DNA of 64,000 nt from Calditrichales bacterium. GTDB taxonomy: Bacteria; Calditrichota; Calditrichia; Calditrichales; J004. The notes under the pieces are model-generated. The model was not told the origin of the DNA. It ran no database searches and saw nothing but the letters and a program-made list of their open reading frames with translations. Below are positions 1 through 9,082 of the stretch, one piece after another. Numbering within the stretch: position 1 is the first letter of the stretch; each line of letters begins with the position of its first letter. The stretch covers positions 3,072,001-3,136,000 of the forward strand of contig OZ254086.1 in assembly GCA_965267575.1 (NCBI GenBank), in the 5' to 3' direction. Position numbers and translations under genes: made by a program.

Positions 1-445
1 GGATGTGCGCAGGAGCGCGCCTTCCCGGGTAGTGGCCGGGTTTTAAAGTATAGAATGCATAGCGCCCGTCGGCATCCGTTTTAACCCAGCCGCGGATATA
101 ACCGTGACGCCGGGCCCAGCCCTCTTCGTCTCCACGCGTGGGATAAACACCCTCCTGGTTGGTATGATAAACATATAGGATTACGCCTTCGGCCGGCGTT
201 TTGCCATCCGGCTGATAAATGGTGCCGCTGATTTTAAGCTTTGGTCCGGGCTTATCGAAATCGGGCAGGGTGTCCACGGAGGTCAATGTACGGTCGCCAT
301 ATTCCAGAACGGCCTCGCAGCCTTCACAGGGACCGCCCACCAAATAATAGGATTGGTCCGCTTCAGCAGTATCCTGCGCGTGGCAGGAGAAAAACATGCC
401 GCTGAAAAAAACAATCGATATGCCCCATAATGTTTTAATATTCAT
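1..445 (-). CDS. Intradiol ring-cleavage dioxygenase family protein, runs off the window start
   Basis: Not in ORF track; translated by hand from ATG 445 with GGAGG SD: MNIKTLWGISIVFFSGMFFSCHAQ...GGPCEGCEA...LKISGTIYQPDGKTPAEGVILYVYHTNQEGVY...HGYIRGWVKTDADGRYAFYTLKPGHYPGRRAPAHI. These are typical intradiol dioxygenase motifs, preceded by a signal peptide. Confidence 0.85.
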   Translation of the reverse strand, partial: MNIKTLWGISIVFFSGMFFSCHAQDTAEADQSYYLVGGPCEGCEAVLEYGDRTLTSVDTLPDFDKPGPKLKISGTIYQPDGKTPAEGVILYVYHTNQEGVYPTRGDEEGWARRHGYIRGWVKTDADGRYAFYTLKPGHYPGRRAPAHI

Positions 446-983
446 TTGTAAGCCTCCAGCTTTTTTTGTGGCATATGTAGACCACATTGTTGTTCTCTGC
501 CGTTTGCGGCGTAAGCCGGAATCCACATTTTTCCAGCAGGCGCGTAGATGCGGCATTGTCTTTGTGGGTGTAAGCTTCCACCGTCTGCAGGTTCAGTTTT
601 TCAAAGGCATATTCCAGGATCGCGCCAAGGGCTTCGCGCATGTAGCCCTTGCCCTGGTATTTTGGCAGCATTTCGTAGCCTGTTTCCGCTTTGCGCCCGT
701 CGTCAGAAAATTGCCACAGGCAGATGGTGCCCAGAAAAACGTTGTTTTCCTTGTTGCTCAGCGCCCAGTAAAACCAGTTGTTGTGATCGATGCCGGCGTT
801 GATTTTATCTATAAAGGTGGCGGCTTCAACCAGGTTCCTGGTTTGCGGACGGGATAGATATTTGCCAACGGAAGCATCCGAACGAAGCGTCAGGATGTCC
901 GGTGCATCCTGCGCCGTCAGCTTTCTGAGGCGCAGCCGCGTCGTGATTATTTCCGGAAAGGGCAAGCCCTTAGGCCTTCCCAT
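435..983 (-). CDS. GNAT N-acetyltransferase (RimJ/RimL type)
   Basis: TTRLRLRKL N-terminus, YQGKGYMREAL acetyl-CoA motif, NAASTRLLEKCGF. Confidence 0.9.
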   Translation of the reverse strand: MGRPKGLPFPEIITTRLRLRKLTAQDAPDILTLRSDASVGKYLSRPQTRNLVEAATFIDKINAGIDHNNWFYWALSNKENNVFLGTICLWQFSDDGRKAETGYEMLPKYQGKGYMREALGAILEYAFEKLNLQTVEAYTHKDNAASTRLLEKCGFRLTPQTAENNNVVYICHKKSWRLTNEY

Positions 984-1288
984 TATTCACTGAACCTGAT
1001 CGCGCGGATCAGATCTTCGTTTTGTGAGTGTTTGGCGCCGTATGATAAAACCAGCGTTCCCTTCGTGCCATCTTCACCTACGATAGCGAAAAGCTCAACA
1101 GAATCTGCAGGATTGCTTTTGCCCTCAAAACGGTACGTTTCCGTTATCCGCAAATCAGCGGGCTTGTATGTGGCTTTGGAATTCAGGGCGACAATAAACT
1201 TATCCTCAGCCTTGAAGTTTTCCGTAAAGCCGCGTCCGATCAGATCATTTGTCGCTTCTACTAATGTATCGAAGTCTCTTTTTGACAT
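983..1288 (-). CDS. Conserved hypothetical protein (small family often mislabelled PRPP synthetase)
   Basis: Likely start MSKRDFDTLVEA at 1288; YRFEGKSNPADS..LFAI...GTKGTLVLSYG pattern. Confidence 0.7.
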   Translation of the reverse strand: MSKRDFDTLVEATNDLIGRGFTENFKAEDKFIVALNSKATYKPADLRITETYRFEGKSNPADSVELFAIVGEDGTKGTLVLSYGAKHSQNEDLIRAIRFSE

Positions 1289-1390
1289 AAAGCTATTCCT
1301 CTTTTGATTTGCGAAGGTGAAAAATATAGCGTCTGCGCAGGCAGCAGACAAATGGCTCAGGGTGAGCAGATTCGGCAAATATCGTAATAA

Positions 1391-1768
1391 TCAGGATTGC
1401 TTTTTGGGTTGGCGGAAAAGGATCAGGCCAAATATCACGCTGAAAATCAGGTAAACAGCAGCGATGACCCATATACGTCTGTCCCCGCCGGTTTGGCGGA
1501 GCAGGGCGAACGTGGCAATCATAAAATGGGTAAAGTTGGCCACAGCCACGGGACGGTTGTAGATACCGCCAATCGGGTTGCCGCGCGACATCCAGTTGAG
1601 CATGGCAAAGGCAAAGTAGAGCGCGCCTAAAACCTGCATCAGAATAGCCGATGGTTTCGCCGCCGGGCCGGTTAGAAATCGTCCCGTCTCATCCGGCAAA
1701 AAGGTAAGAATAATTCCGGCAAGCCCCATAATTATGGCGCTTGATGTCATTACCATTCGTGTGTTCAT
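1391..1768 (-). CDS. Hypothetical membrane protein (about 4 TM)
   Basis: Four hydrophobic segments; GGIYNRPVAVANF motif. Confidence 0.75.
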   Translation of the reverse strand: MNTRMVMTSSAIIMGLAGIILTFLPDETGRFLTGPAAKPSAILMQVLGALYFAFAMLNWMSRGNPIGGIYNRPVAVANFTHFMIATFALLRQTGGDRRIWVIAAVYLIFSVIFGLILFRQPKKQS

Positions 1769-1893
1769 GCTTTTTGCGCTTTAATACTTATTGCGATTTT
1801 TTGTGTTGGTGCAAAAACGCTCTGTTCCGACGCCTTTTGTAAATGCCCGGAAAGCAGGATACAGGGCAATAATTCATTCAACAGTCCATTCTT

Positions 1894-2358
1894 CTACCGT
1901 GAACCCCACTCCCACATGCCAAAACCTGCTTTGCGGTCGATGGGATGGCCGGATTGTTTGAGCGATAACGCGATCTGTCCGCGGTGATGGGACTCGTGGG
2001 AAATGAGATAGCCCAAAAAAGCAGCCGGATGCGGTTTAAAGCCCTTTACCTTGCCGTCTTCAAAGGCTTTCTTCAGAAGTGCGCTTATGGCCTTTGCCGA
2101 ATCATTCAGTTGGTTTCTTAGAAACTCTTTGGCAATGGCCTGTCCTTTTTCAATTTTTTGCAGATTTTTTGCCAGATCCGGCGCTGCCTGTTCCAGCCAC
2201 ATAAGGCGCACGTTGTGGATGTGCCCGAACTGGTCGCCCACATTACGCCCGCCGGACGTGGATATGTCAACCAGAAAATTATCCTGCTGAATGGCGTCAA
2301 GCAGGTAAAAATTTACGCGGTTGTGGATTTCCCAGGTTTCAAGAAGCTGATCTTGCAT
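1894..2358 (-). CDS. DinB family protein
   Basis: FGHIHNVRLMWL and LISHESHHRGQI metal-binding His motifs. Confidence 0.9.
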   Translation of the reverse strand: MQDQLLETWEIHNRVNFYLLDAIQQDNFLVDISTSGGRNVGDQFGHIHNVRLMWLEQAAPDLAKNLQKIEKGQAIAKEFLRNQLNDSAKAISALLKKAFEDGKVKGFKPHPAAFLGYLISHESHHRGQIALSLKQSGHPIDRKAGFGMWEWGSR

Positions 2359-2385
2359 TATTTTTCCTTTTTTTTGAAATGATTG

Positions 2386-2913
2386 TCAGGTGCGGTAAAG
2401 CACGTGCGTTCGCAAACGATCTCCGGGCGGCAGAGCCGGATGCTCAAACTCACCGGTCTTTGTCATGCCGATTTTCTGCATGATCCTTTCCGAACGCTGA
2501 TTAATTTTTGCCGTAAATGAATACACCTCTTCAAGTTGCAATGTTTTGAGGCCATATTCAAGGCACCTCCCGGCGCCTTCCGTGGCGTAGCCCCTGTTCC
2601 AGGTTTCTTTTCGCAGGCGCCAGCTTATTTCCACACACGGTGTAAAATGCGCCTCAAACGACGGTATCATGAAGCCAATAAAACCGATAAAGGCGTTTTC
2701 CGCGAAACTATCCACCGCGTAAAGCCCAAAGCCGTTTTGCTCAAAATGATCTCTGATACGTTGAAAAAACTGCCGGGAAGCTTGCCCGGACTGTGGCGAG
2801 GGGAAATATTCCATCACAACGGGATCAGCATTCATCCGGGCAAAAGGCTCAAAATCCTTTTCACGCCAGTTTCTGAAACCCAGCCTCTGCGATGTGAACA
2901 GATAGTCACTCAT
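2386..2913 (-). CDS. GNAT N-acetyltransferase (RimJ/RimL type)
   Basis: MNADPVVMEYFP, WNRGYATEGA, NQRSERIMQKIGM. Confidence 0.9.
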   Translation of the reverse strand: MSDYLFTSQRLGFRNWREKDFEPFARMNADPVVMEYFPSPQSGQASRQFFQRIRDHFEQNGFGLYAVDSFAENAFIGFIGFMIPSFEAHFTPCVEISWRLRKETWNRGYATEGAGRCLEYGLKTLQLEEVYSFTAKINQRSERIMQKIGMTKTGEFEHPALPPGDRLRTHVLYRT

Positions 2914-2920
2914 TGAGATT

Positions 2921-3691
2921 TTATTCGTCCACCTTTTTCAAGGCTTCCAGCGTTGCCTTGTAGCCCTCTTCCACCAGATCGTCAAACTGGCCCGTATCGG
3001 TGTAGTTGTAAGCGGAAAGCTCCGGCTGTATCAACAGGTCTGCATCGCGCAGTTGCAGTTGCGTGGCATTGCGTACGGTAATCTCCAACGCATTGATGGC
3101 CATATCGATAATGTTGCCAGGCTTTTTGTAAGCACGGTTTGTATTCAGATCCATAGCAACGATGTAATCGGCGCCCATTTCCTTTAGCGGCGAAACAGGC
3201 ACGTTCTCAATTACTCCGCCATCCACAAGCATTTTGTCTTGCCATTCCACCGGCACAAAGATACCCGGAATACAGGTGCTGGCCGTTACGGCGAGGGCTA
3301 CGTTACCTTCTTTAAAGATGACCTTTTTGCCGGTCTTCATATCGCTGGCTACAACGGCAAGCGGCATGTCGGCTTCACTAAATTCCACATCCCCCAGGTG
3401 CTCGCGCATGAAGGAGCCGATTTTTTTGTTGGAGAGCAGGCCGTATTGCGAAATGGAAAATTCGCTTATATCCAGCCAGTCCAGCCCGGATGCGGCATCG
3501 TAAAGCTCTTTCCAGCTTTTGCCGAACGCGTAAAACGCCGCTGCCAGCGCCCCGATGCTGGTACCGCTTACATATTCAAAGGCGATCTCCTTCTCGCTAA
3601 AAGCCCGTAAAGCGCCGACGTGTGCGGCACCCAAAACAGCGCCGCCACTCAGAGCCAATCCCTTTTTTTTCTCACCGCTTAGCGTGCTCAT
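2921..3691 (-). CDS. Patatin-like phospholipase
   Basis: LSGGAVLG oxyanion motif, GTSIG nucleophile elbow, DGG catalytic motif. Confidence 0.93.
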   Translation of the reverse strand: MSTLSGEKKKGLALSGGAVLGAAHVGALRAFSEKEIAFEYVSGTSIGALAAAFYAFGKSWKELYDAASGLDWLDISEFSISQYGLLSNKKIGSFMREHLGDVEFSEADMPLAVVASDMKTGKKVIFKEGNVALAVTASTCIPGIFVPVEWQDKMLVDGGVIENVPVSPLKEMGADYIVAMDLNTNRAYKKPGNIIDMAINALEITVRNATQLQLRDADLLIQPELSAYNYTDTGQFDDLVEEGYKATLEALKKVDE

Positions 3692-3726
3692 AAAAAATAT
3701 CCTGAAATGTATGTTAGCCTGCCGTT

Positions 3727-4092
3727 TTACTTTTCTTCAAGCAGCAGGGTGATTGTATCTTCTTTATTGGGCACCATGCACAAAAATTCAAAAGCTTCAT
3801 CGCCGATTGTTTTATAGTTGTGCGGCACACCCTGGGGGATATACACAACATCACCCTGTTTTACATGCACCAGCTCTTCACCGATGCGAATTTCCGCCTG
3901 GCCGGCAAGGACATACTGTTCATGCTCAACGGTGTTGTGGTGCAGGGGCATGTAGCCGCCCGCTTCGATGCGAAAGCGGCGCATGGCAAAATGCGGCCCC
4001 TTGTCCGGACCGATCAACACGTGGCGTGAAACGCCCTTGCCGGCAGCTACCGGCTCCATGGGAATCTCTTTGGATGGTTTTACAAACATCAT
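3727..4092 (-). CDS. Cupin domain protein
   Basis: PLHHNTVEHEQYVLAG and GDVVYIPQGVPHNY cupin motifs. Confidence 0.9.
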   Translation of the reverse strand: MMFVKPSKEIPMEPVAAGKGVSRHVLIGPDKGPHFAMRRFRIEAGGYMPLHHNTVEHEQYVLAGQAEIRIGEELVHVKQGDVVYIPQGVPHNYKTIGDEAFEFLCMVPNKEDTITLLLEEK

Positions 4093-4257
4093 CGCTCCTG
4101 GTTAAGGGTGAATTACAAAATTAATGAATTACTGGATTGTTGATTTGTTGGAGGGCAAGTTAAGGCTAAATCGTGTAACGCTGCAATTTCCTTTGGCCGA
4201 ACTCTGGACGTGTAATTTTTTTCTCGTGGAATGTGAGTCTTCCCGCGCCCCGGGCCA

Positions 4258-4297
4258 GAGATCCCGGTGTTGACTGGTCGTCAAACCGGGATGACAT
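4258..4297. repeat. REP-like dispersed hairpin repeat, copy 1
   Basis: GAGATCCCGGTGTTGACTGGTCGTCAAACCGGGATGACAT with ATCCCGGT/ACCGGGAT arms; near-identical copy at 41057-41095. Confidence 0.75.
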
Positions 4298-4304
4298 TGC
4301 CCGC

Positions 4305-4328
4305 AATTCAGTAATTCAACAATTCACC
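4305..4328 (+). repeat. AATTCANN octamer tandem repeat (x3)
   Basis: aattcagt-aattcaac-aattcacc; the same unit occurs at 24507-24530. Confidence 0.6.
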
Positions 4329-4335
4329 TCCCCCT

Positions 4336-4380
4336 TTGCGTCCTATTCATGCGTTTTGTATTTTAGTGTACAAAAGTACA
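4336..4380 (+). promoter_or_regulatory. sigma70-type promoter of the dnaE paralog with palindromic operator (candidate LexA/SOS box)
   Basis: TTGCGT (4336-4341), 17 bp, TATTTT (4359-4364), then perfect palindrome TGTAC-AAAA-GTACA (4367-4380) over the expected start site. Confidence 0.6.
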
Positions 4381-4395
4381 GTAAAGCGAGGGGGA

Positions 4396-7300
4396 ATGTC
4401 TGCATTTGTTCATCTGCATACGCACAGTTATTACAGCTTGCTGGATGGTGTGGCCTCACCGGAAGAGCTGATCATCGCTGCTAAAAAGCACGGTATGCGC
4501 GCCCTGGCTCTGACCGACCACAACGGCTTGTACGGCGCGGTGGAGTTTTACCGCCTGGCGCAGGAGTACAACCTGCGTCCGATTATCGGGGCGGAGCTGA
4601 CGTTGAGCGATGGAGGGCAGGTCGTGTTGCTGGTAAAAGACAACGCCGGTTACCGCAACCTGTGCCAGCTTATTTCACAGGGCCGGTTTAACGGCGGCCA
4701 CCTGCAATTTGAGCTATCGCAAAAAGAAATAATAAAACACAAAGAGGGGTTGATCCTGCTCTCCGGCGGGCATAAGAGTGCCGTCAACCGCTGCCTGGCG
4801 CAACGCGATGTGGATGGTGCGGCTGCTAAAATAAAACGCTGGCGCGATCTCTTTGCTGAAGATTTTTACCTGGAACTGCAGCACTTTGACGCCAACGATA
4901 CGCTGGCAAACCTGCGTCTGCGCGATTTGGCCGTGGAGCACCATGTGCCGTTGGTGGCCAGCAACGATGTCCACTTTGTATCGATCAAAGACTGGCAGTT
5001 GCGGCGCACGCTGCACGCCATCGACGCCAACACCACGCTGGAAAAAGTGCAGACCGCCGGCAGCTCGGAGCAGTTTTTAAAATCGCCGGCGCAGATGGAG
5101 GAGTTGTTCAAGGCGTTTCCCGGGGCGCTTAGCAACACGCAGCGCATCGCCGCCGCCTGCACTTTTGAGTTCAGCCTGGGCAAGGCGGTTTTTCCTTCGG
5201 TGGAACTGCCCAGGGGCGAAAGCAGCTTTTCCTGGCTGTGGAAAAAAAGTTTTGAAGGCGCCACCGAGCGCTACCAGCCGCTGACCCGCGAAGTGACGCG
5301 ACGCCTGCAGTACGAGCTGGACGTGATCCACCGCCTGGGTTTTGCCGAGTACTTCCTGATCGTCAAAGACATCGTCGATTTTTGCCACCGCGAACATATC
5401 CCCTGCGTGGGCCGCGGCTCGGCGGCGGACAGCCTGGTCTCCTACGTTCTGCAGATCACCCAGGTTGATCCCATCCGCCACAACCTCTACTTCGAGCGCT
5501 TTCTCAACCCCGAACGCACGGACCCTCCGGACATCGATGTGGACCTGTGCTGGAAAAACCGCGACCGTGTCATCGAGTACGTTTACGACAAATACACTAA
5601 ACAGCGCACGGCGATGATCTGCACCTTCAACACCTTCCAGAACCGCTCGGCCATTCGCGATGTGGCCAAAACCCACGGCCTGCCGGAAGACGAGATCGGG
5701 CGCATCACCAAGTACCTGCCGCACAGCACCATCAGCGACGTGGAGGAGGTGGTTAACACGCTGCCGGAGATGCGCGAGCTGCGCCACAACCTGGCCCTCT
5801 ACGAAGAGATCCTGCGCACGGCACAGCGCATTGCCGATTTCCCGCGGCACCTTTCGATCCATCCCGGGGGTGTGATCATTGCGCCGGACAACATCACCTG
5901 GCACACACCGCTGGAAATTGCCGGCAAGGGCATCGTCATCGCCCAGTACGACATGTACTCCATCGAAAAGCTGGGCTTGGTGAAAATGGACCTGCTAGGG
6001 GTACGTTCGCTCAGTATCATCACCGATTGCATCCGCGAAGTGACGCGCGACCCCGAAAAGCACAAAAAGCGCTCCTTTGCCGGACGCGGCGTGCCGGATT
6101 TCTTTCTGCGCAACAGTGCCACGCTTTCGCCGCTGGATTTGCGCACCATCCCCGAAGATGACCCCGAGGTGACCGCCTTTATCCGCAGCGGCCTGACGCT
6201 GGGTTGCTTCCAGCTGGAGAGTCCGGCCATGCGCGGGCTTATCCGCAAGATGCTGATTGAGGGCGTGGAAGATGTGATCACCGCGGTGGCGCTGATACGG
6301 CCGGGGGCATCGGGTGCCGGGGGCGGCATGAAGGAGCTCTATATCAAGCGTCGCGCCGGCATGGAACCTACCGAATACATCCACCCCTCGCTGGAGCCGG
6401 CTTTGGGCGAAACCTATGGCGTAAGCATCTACCAGGAACAGGTGCTGCAGATGGCCCACCACGTGGCCGGGCTGAGCTTCGCGCAGGGCGATACACTGCG
6501 CCGGGCGATGACGAAATCGCGCAACCGCAAAGAATTCTTAAAAGTGCGCCAGGCTTTTGTAGAGGGCGCCATCTCGCGCGGGCTGAGTCCGGAACAGGCC
6601 GAGCAGGTGTGGCAGTTTCTCTACAACTTCAGCGGCTATGGTTTCAACAAGGCGCACAGCGCCACCTACGGCACCATCGCCTACCAGACGGCCTTTTTGA
6701 AATATTACTTCCCGGTGGAGTACATGTGCGCTGTGCTAAACAACCACGGCGGGTTTTACAGCCGCTCGGCCTATATCGAAGAAGCGCGGCGCATGCGCAT
6801 CCGCCTGCTGCCGCCGGATGTCAACCGCTCGCAGCGTGTTTTTACCGTGGAAGAGGACGCCATCCGCTGTGGCCTGGAACCGGTTTTTGAACTGACCGAA
6901 CGCACCATCGAAGCGATCGTGAAGCAACGCAGGGAACGTGAATTTGTGGACCTGTTTGATTTTATCCGGCGCACGCGGGCCGGGGAAAAAGAAGTGGGTC
7001 ATTTGATCAAGGCAGGGGCGCTGGGCTCCATCCATCCCAGCCAGCCGCAGCTTATGCTGCTGAAAGACCTGTTTTTTAAAAACAACAAAAAAGCGCCCCT
7101 CGCCACCTTTGTGGCCGGCTCCACGCGTCTGCCGCAATACAACACCTACCAGCGTGTGCTCAACGAGATCACCACGCTGGATTTTGCTTTAAGCGACCAC
7201 CCGCTGTGCCTGTTTGAAGAGCAACTCAACGGGCAAAAGTTTGTCGCCTCCAACGCCCTGGAAGAACACGGCGGCAAAACCATCCATGTCTGCGGCTGGC

Positions 7301-7587
7301 TGGTCACCTCACGGCGGGTCAACACGCGCGGCAACCAGTTTATGAAATTTCTGACGCTGGAAGACCGCCTGGGCCTGATGGAAGTGGTACTATTCCCCAA
7401 AACCTATGCCCGCTGCGGCCATGTGCTGCGCAGCCACGGCCCCTACATCGTGCGCGGAAAAGTGCAATCGCGCCTGCCCGGCGAAGCCAATATCATCGCC
7501 GATGATGTGCAACTGGTACAGGTGGATAAACACGACCTGGAGGAGTTGCTGAATCAAAGAACGGTACATGAATACGGGTTGTGGTGA
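4396..7587 (+). CDS. dnaE: DNA polymerase III alpha subunit paralog (DnaE2-like, probably non-replicative)
   Basis: Start MSAFVHLHTHSYYS after GAGGGGG SD; PHP domain, GRGSAA, PPDIDVD catalytic motif, KMDLLG, YGFNKAH, OB fold; ends just after the OB fold (1063 aa). Confidence 0.93.
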   Translation: MSAFVHLHTHSYYSLLDGVASPEELIIAAKKHGMRALALTDHNGLYGAVEFYRLAQEYNLRPIIGAELTLSDGGQVVLLVKDNAGYRNLCQLISQGRFNGGHLQFELSQKEIIKHKEGLILLSGGHKSAVNRCLAQRDVDGAAAKIKRWRDLFAEDFYLELQHFDANDTLANLRLRDLAVEHHVPLVASNDVHFVSIKDWQLRRTLHAIDANTTLEKVQTAGSSEQFLKSPAQMEELFKAFPGALSNTQRIAAACTFEFSLGKAVFPSVELPRGESSFSWLWKKSFEGATERYQPLTREVTRRLQYELDVIHRLGFAEYFLIVKDIVDFCHREHIPCVGRGSAADSLVSYVLQITQVDPIRHNLYFERFLNPERTDPPDIDVDLCWKNRDRVIEYVYDKYTKQRTAMICTFNTFQNRSAIRDVAKTHGLPEDEIGRITKYLPHSTISDVEEVVNTLPEMRELRHNLALYEEILRTAQRIADFPRHLSIHPGGVIIAPDNITWHTPLEIAGKGIVIAQYDMYSIEKLGLVKMDLLGVRSLSIITDCIREVTRDPEKHKKRSFAGRGVPDFFLRNSATLSPLDLRTIPEDDPEVTAFIRSGLTLGCFQLESPAMRGLIRKMLIEGVEDVITAVALIRPGASGAGGGMKELYIKRRAGMEPTEYIHPSLEPALGETYGVSIYQEQVLQMAHHVAGLSFAQGDTLRRAMTKSRNRKEFLKVRQAFVEGAISRGLSPEQAEQVWQFLYNFSGYGFNKAHSATYGTIAYQTAFLKYYFPVEYMCAVLNNHGGFYSRSAYIEEARRMRIRLLPPDVNRSQRVFTVEEDAIRCGLEPVFELTERTIEAIVKQRREREFVDLFDFIRRTRAGEKEVGHLIKAGALGSIHPSQPQLMLLKDLFFKNNKKAPLATFVAGSTRLPQYNTYQRVLNEITTLDFALSDHPLCLFEEQLNGQKFVASNALEEHGGKTIHVCGWLVTSRRVNTRGNQFMKFLTLEDRLGLMEVVLFPKTYARCGHVLRSHGPYIVRGKVQSRLPGEANIIADDVQLVQVDKHDLEELLNQRTVHEYGLW

Positions 7588-7698
7588 CATTTCCCCGCAC
7601 AGATGCGATTTGCCCAATTTTTCTGCTGTACGATATTGTAATTGAAATTAGATTTGTTATTCTTCAAGAATGGTTTCAGCTAAAGAGACAGGCATGCC

Positions 7699-8949
7699 GT
7701 GCAGCGACTTGGCGGACTATTAATTCAAATCTGGGCTTTGTTGATCAGCATACTGGTGCTGGTGCTGGGTAATGGCTTGCAGGGCACGCTGCTCGGGGTG
7801 CGCGCCAGTCTGGAAGGCATGAGCCAGCAAAGCGTCGGTTTTATGATGTCGGCCTACTACCTGGGTTACCTTGGCGGATCGTTTTTGTCGCCGCGCTGGA
7901 TTATTAGGGTGGGACATATTCGCACCTTCGCCGCCCTGGCTTCCGTGGCATCGGCGGTATCACTGGCGCACGCGCTTTTTGTGAATGAGATAAGCTGGAG
8001 CATTCTGCGTGTTATTTACGGGGCCTGTTACGCCGGCCTGGTGCTGGTCATCGAAAGCTGGCTAAACGGCAATACCGATCGCACTTACCGTGGACGTGTT
8101 TTGTCCATCTACGGCATCCTTGTGCTGACCGCCTGGTCCGGCAGCCAGTTTTTACTGAACGCCGCGCCGCCCGGGGGGTTTGAATTATTCTGTCTGGTAT
8201 CGATACTGCTTTCCTTTGCGCTTGCGCCGGTTACGCTGGCCCGCATCAGCGCGCCCCCGGTAAGCGAAGCCCGCCCCATGACCATGAAAACGCTCTATTC
8301 CATTTCCCCGATCGGCTTTGCCGGAATTTTTGCCATTGGCTATGGCATCAGCTCGGTTACCACGATGGGGCCGGTTTTCGCGCAAAACATCGGCCTGGAC
8401 GCGAGTGACATTTCGCGCTTTATGGGTATCCTGCTGGCAGGAGCGCTTTTCCTGCAATGGCCGCTGGGGTGGTTGTCGGACATGCTGGACCGCCGCTGGG
8501 TTATCGTAGTCACTTCGCTCGTAGGGGTCGTGCTGGCCTTTTTACTGGCCGGTGGCAGCTTTTTCCCGCTTACGATATTGTTTTTCCTGGCTTTTCTATT
8601 TGGCGGGATGCTGTTGCCGGTCTACTCGCTATGTATTGCCCACGTTAATGATCTGATAGACGAAGAGAATATAATTTCCGCAGCCAGCACGTTGCTGGTA
8701 GTCTTTGGCGTCGGCTCGGTTATTGGCCCGTTAAGCTGCGGCATTCTGATGAATGCGTTCGGGCCCGGCGCGCTTTTTTACGCCGTGGGGCTGATCATGC
8801 TTGGTTTTGGCGCCTTTTCACTGCTGCGCTTGCCGGCCTGGCCCAGCGTGGAGGCGGAAGAGAAGGACCCGCATATTTATATTCCCCGCACCAGTCCCGT
8901 TGTGATAGAAATGGACAACCAACGCGCACCCGCCGAAGAGCAGGCCTGA
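7699..8949 (+). CDS. MFS transporter (YcaD-like)
   Basis: About 12 TM; LGNGLQGTLL, RVGHIRTFAA, VIESWLN, GWLSDMLDRR. Confidence 0.9.
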   Translation: MQRLGGLLIQIWALLISILVLVLGNGLQGTLLGVRASLEGMSQQSVGFMMSAYYLGYLGGSFLSPRWIIRVGHIRTFAALASVASAVSLAHALFVNEISWSILRVIYGACYAGLVLVIESWLNGNTDRTYRGRVLSIYGILVLTAWSGSQFLLNAAPPGGFELFCLVSILLSFALAPVTLARISAPPVSEARPMTMKTLYSISPIGFAGIFAIGYGISSVTTMGPVFAQNIGLDASDISRFMGILLAGALFLQWPLGWLSDMLDRRWVIVVTSLVGVVLAFLLAGGSFFPLTILFFLAFLFGGMLLPVYSLCIAHVNDLIDEENIISAASTLLVVFGVGSVIGPLSCGILMNAFGPGALFYAVGLIMLGFGAFSLLRLPAWPSVEAEEKDPHIYIPRTSPVVIEMDNQRAPAEEQA

Positions 8950-9053
8950 ACATCCGCGCCATTGCCTTTAAACATCCGTTTTATATATTTTGGGCCAGAT
9001 TGTAGCGGACGCACGGTTGCAAATGTGGGCTATAAATTAGTGAATGCCCGATA

Positions 9054-9082
9054 GATCAAAGATCGAGATCATGATCATGATC
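9054..9082. repeat. Cluster of five GATC sites with 6-7 bp period
   Basis: GATC at 9054, 9061, 9067, 9073 and 9079 in the cstA leader. Confidence 0.8.

Noticed and set aside
4714..7400. Multiple antisense and alternate-frame ORFs within dnaE; possible intein
   Set aside because: GC-rich shadows; the DnaE motifs are collinear, with no intein-type C...HN/LAGLIDADG insertion seen.
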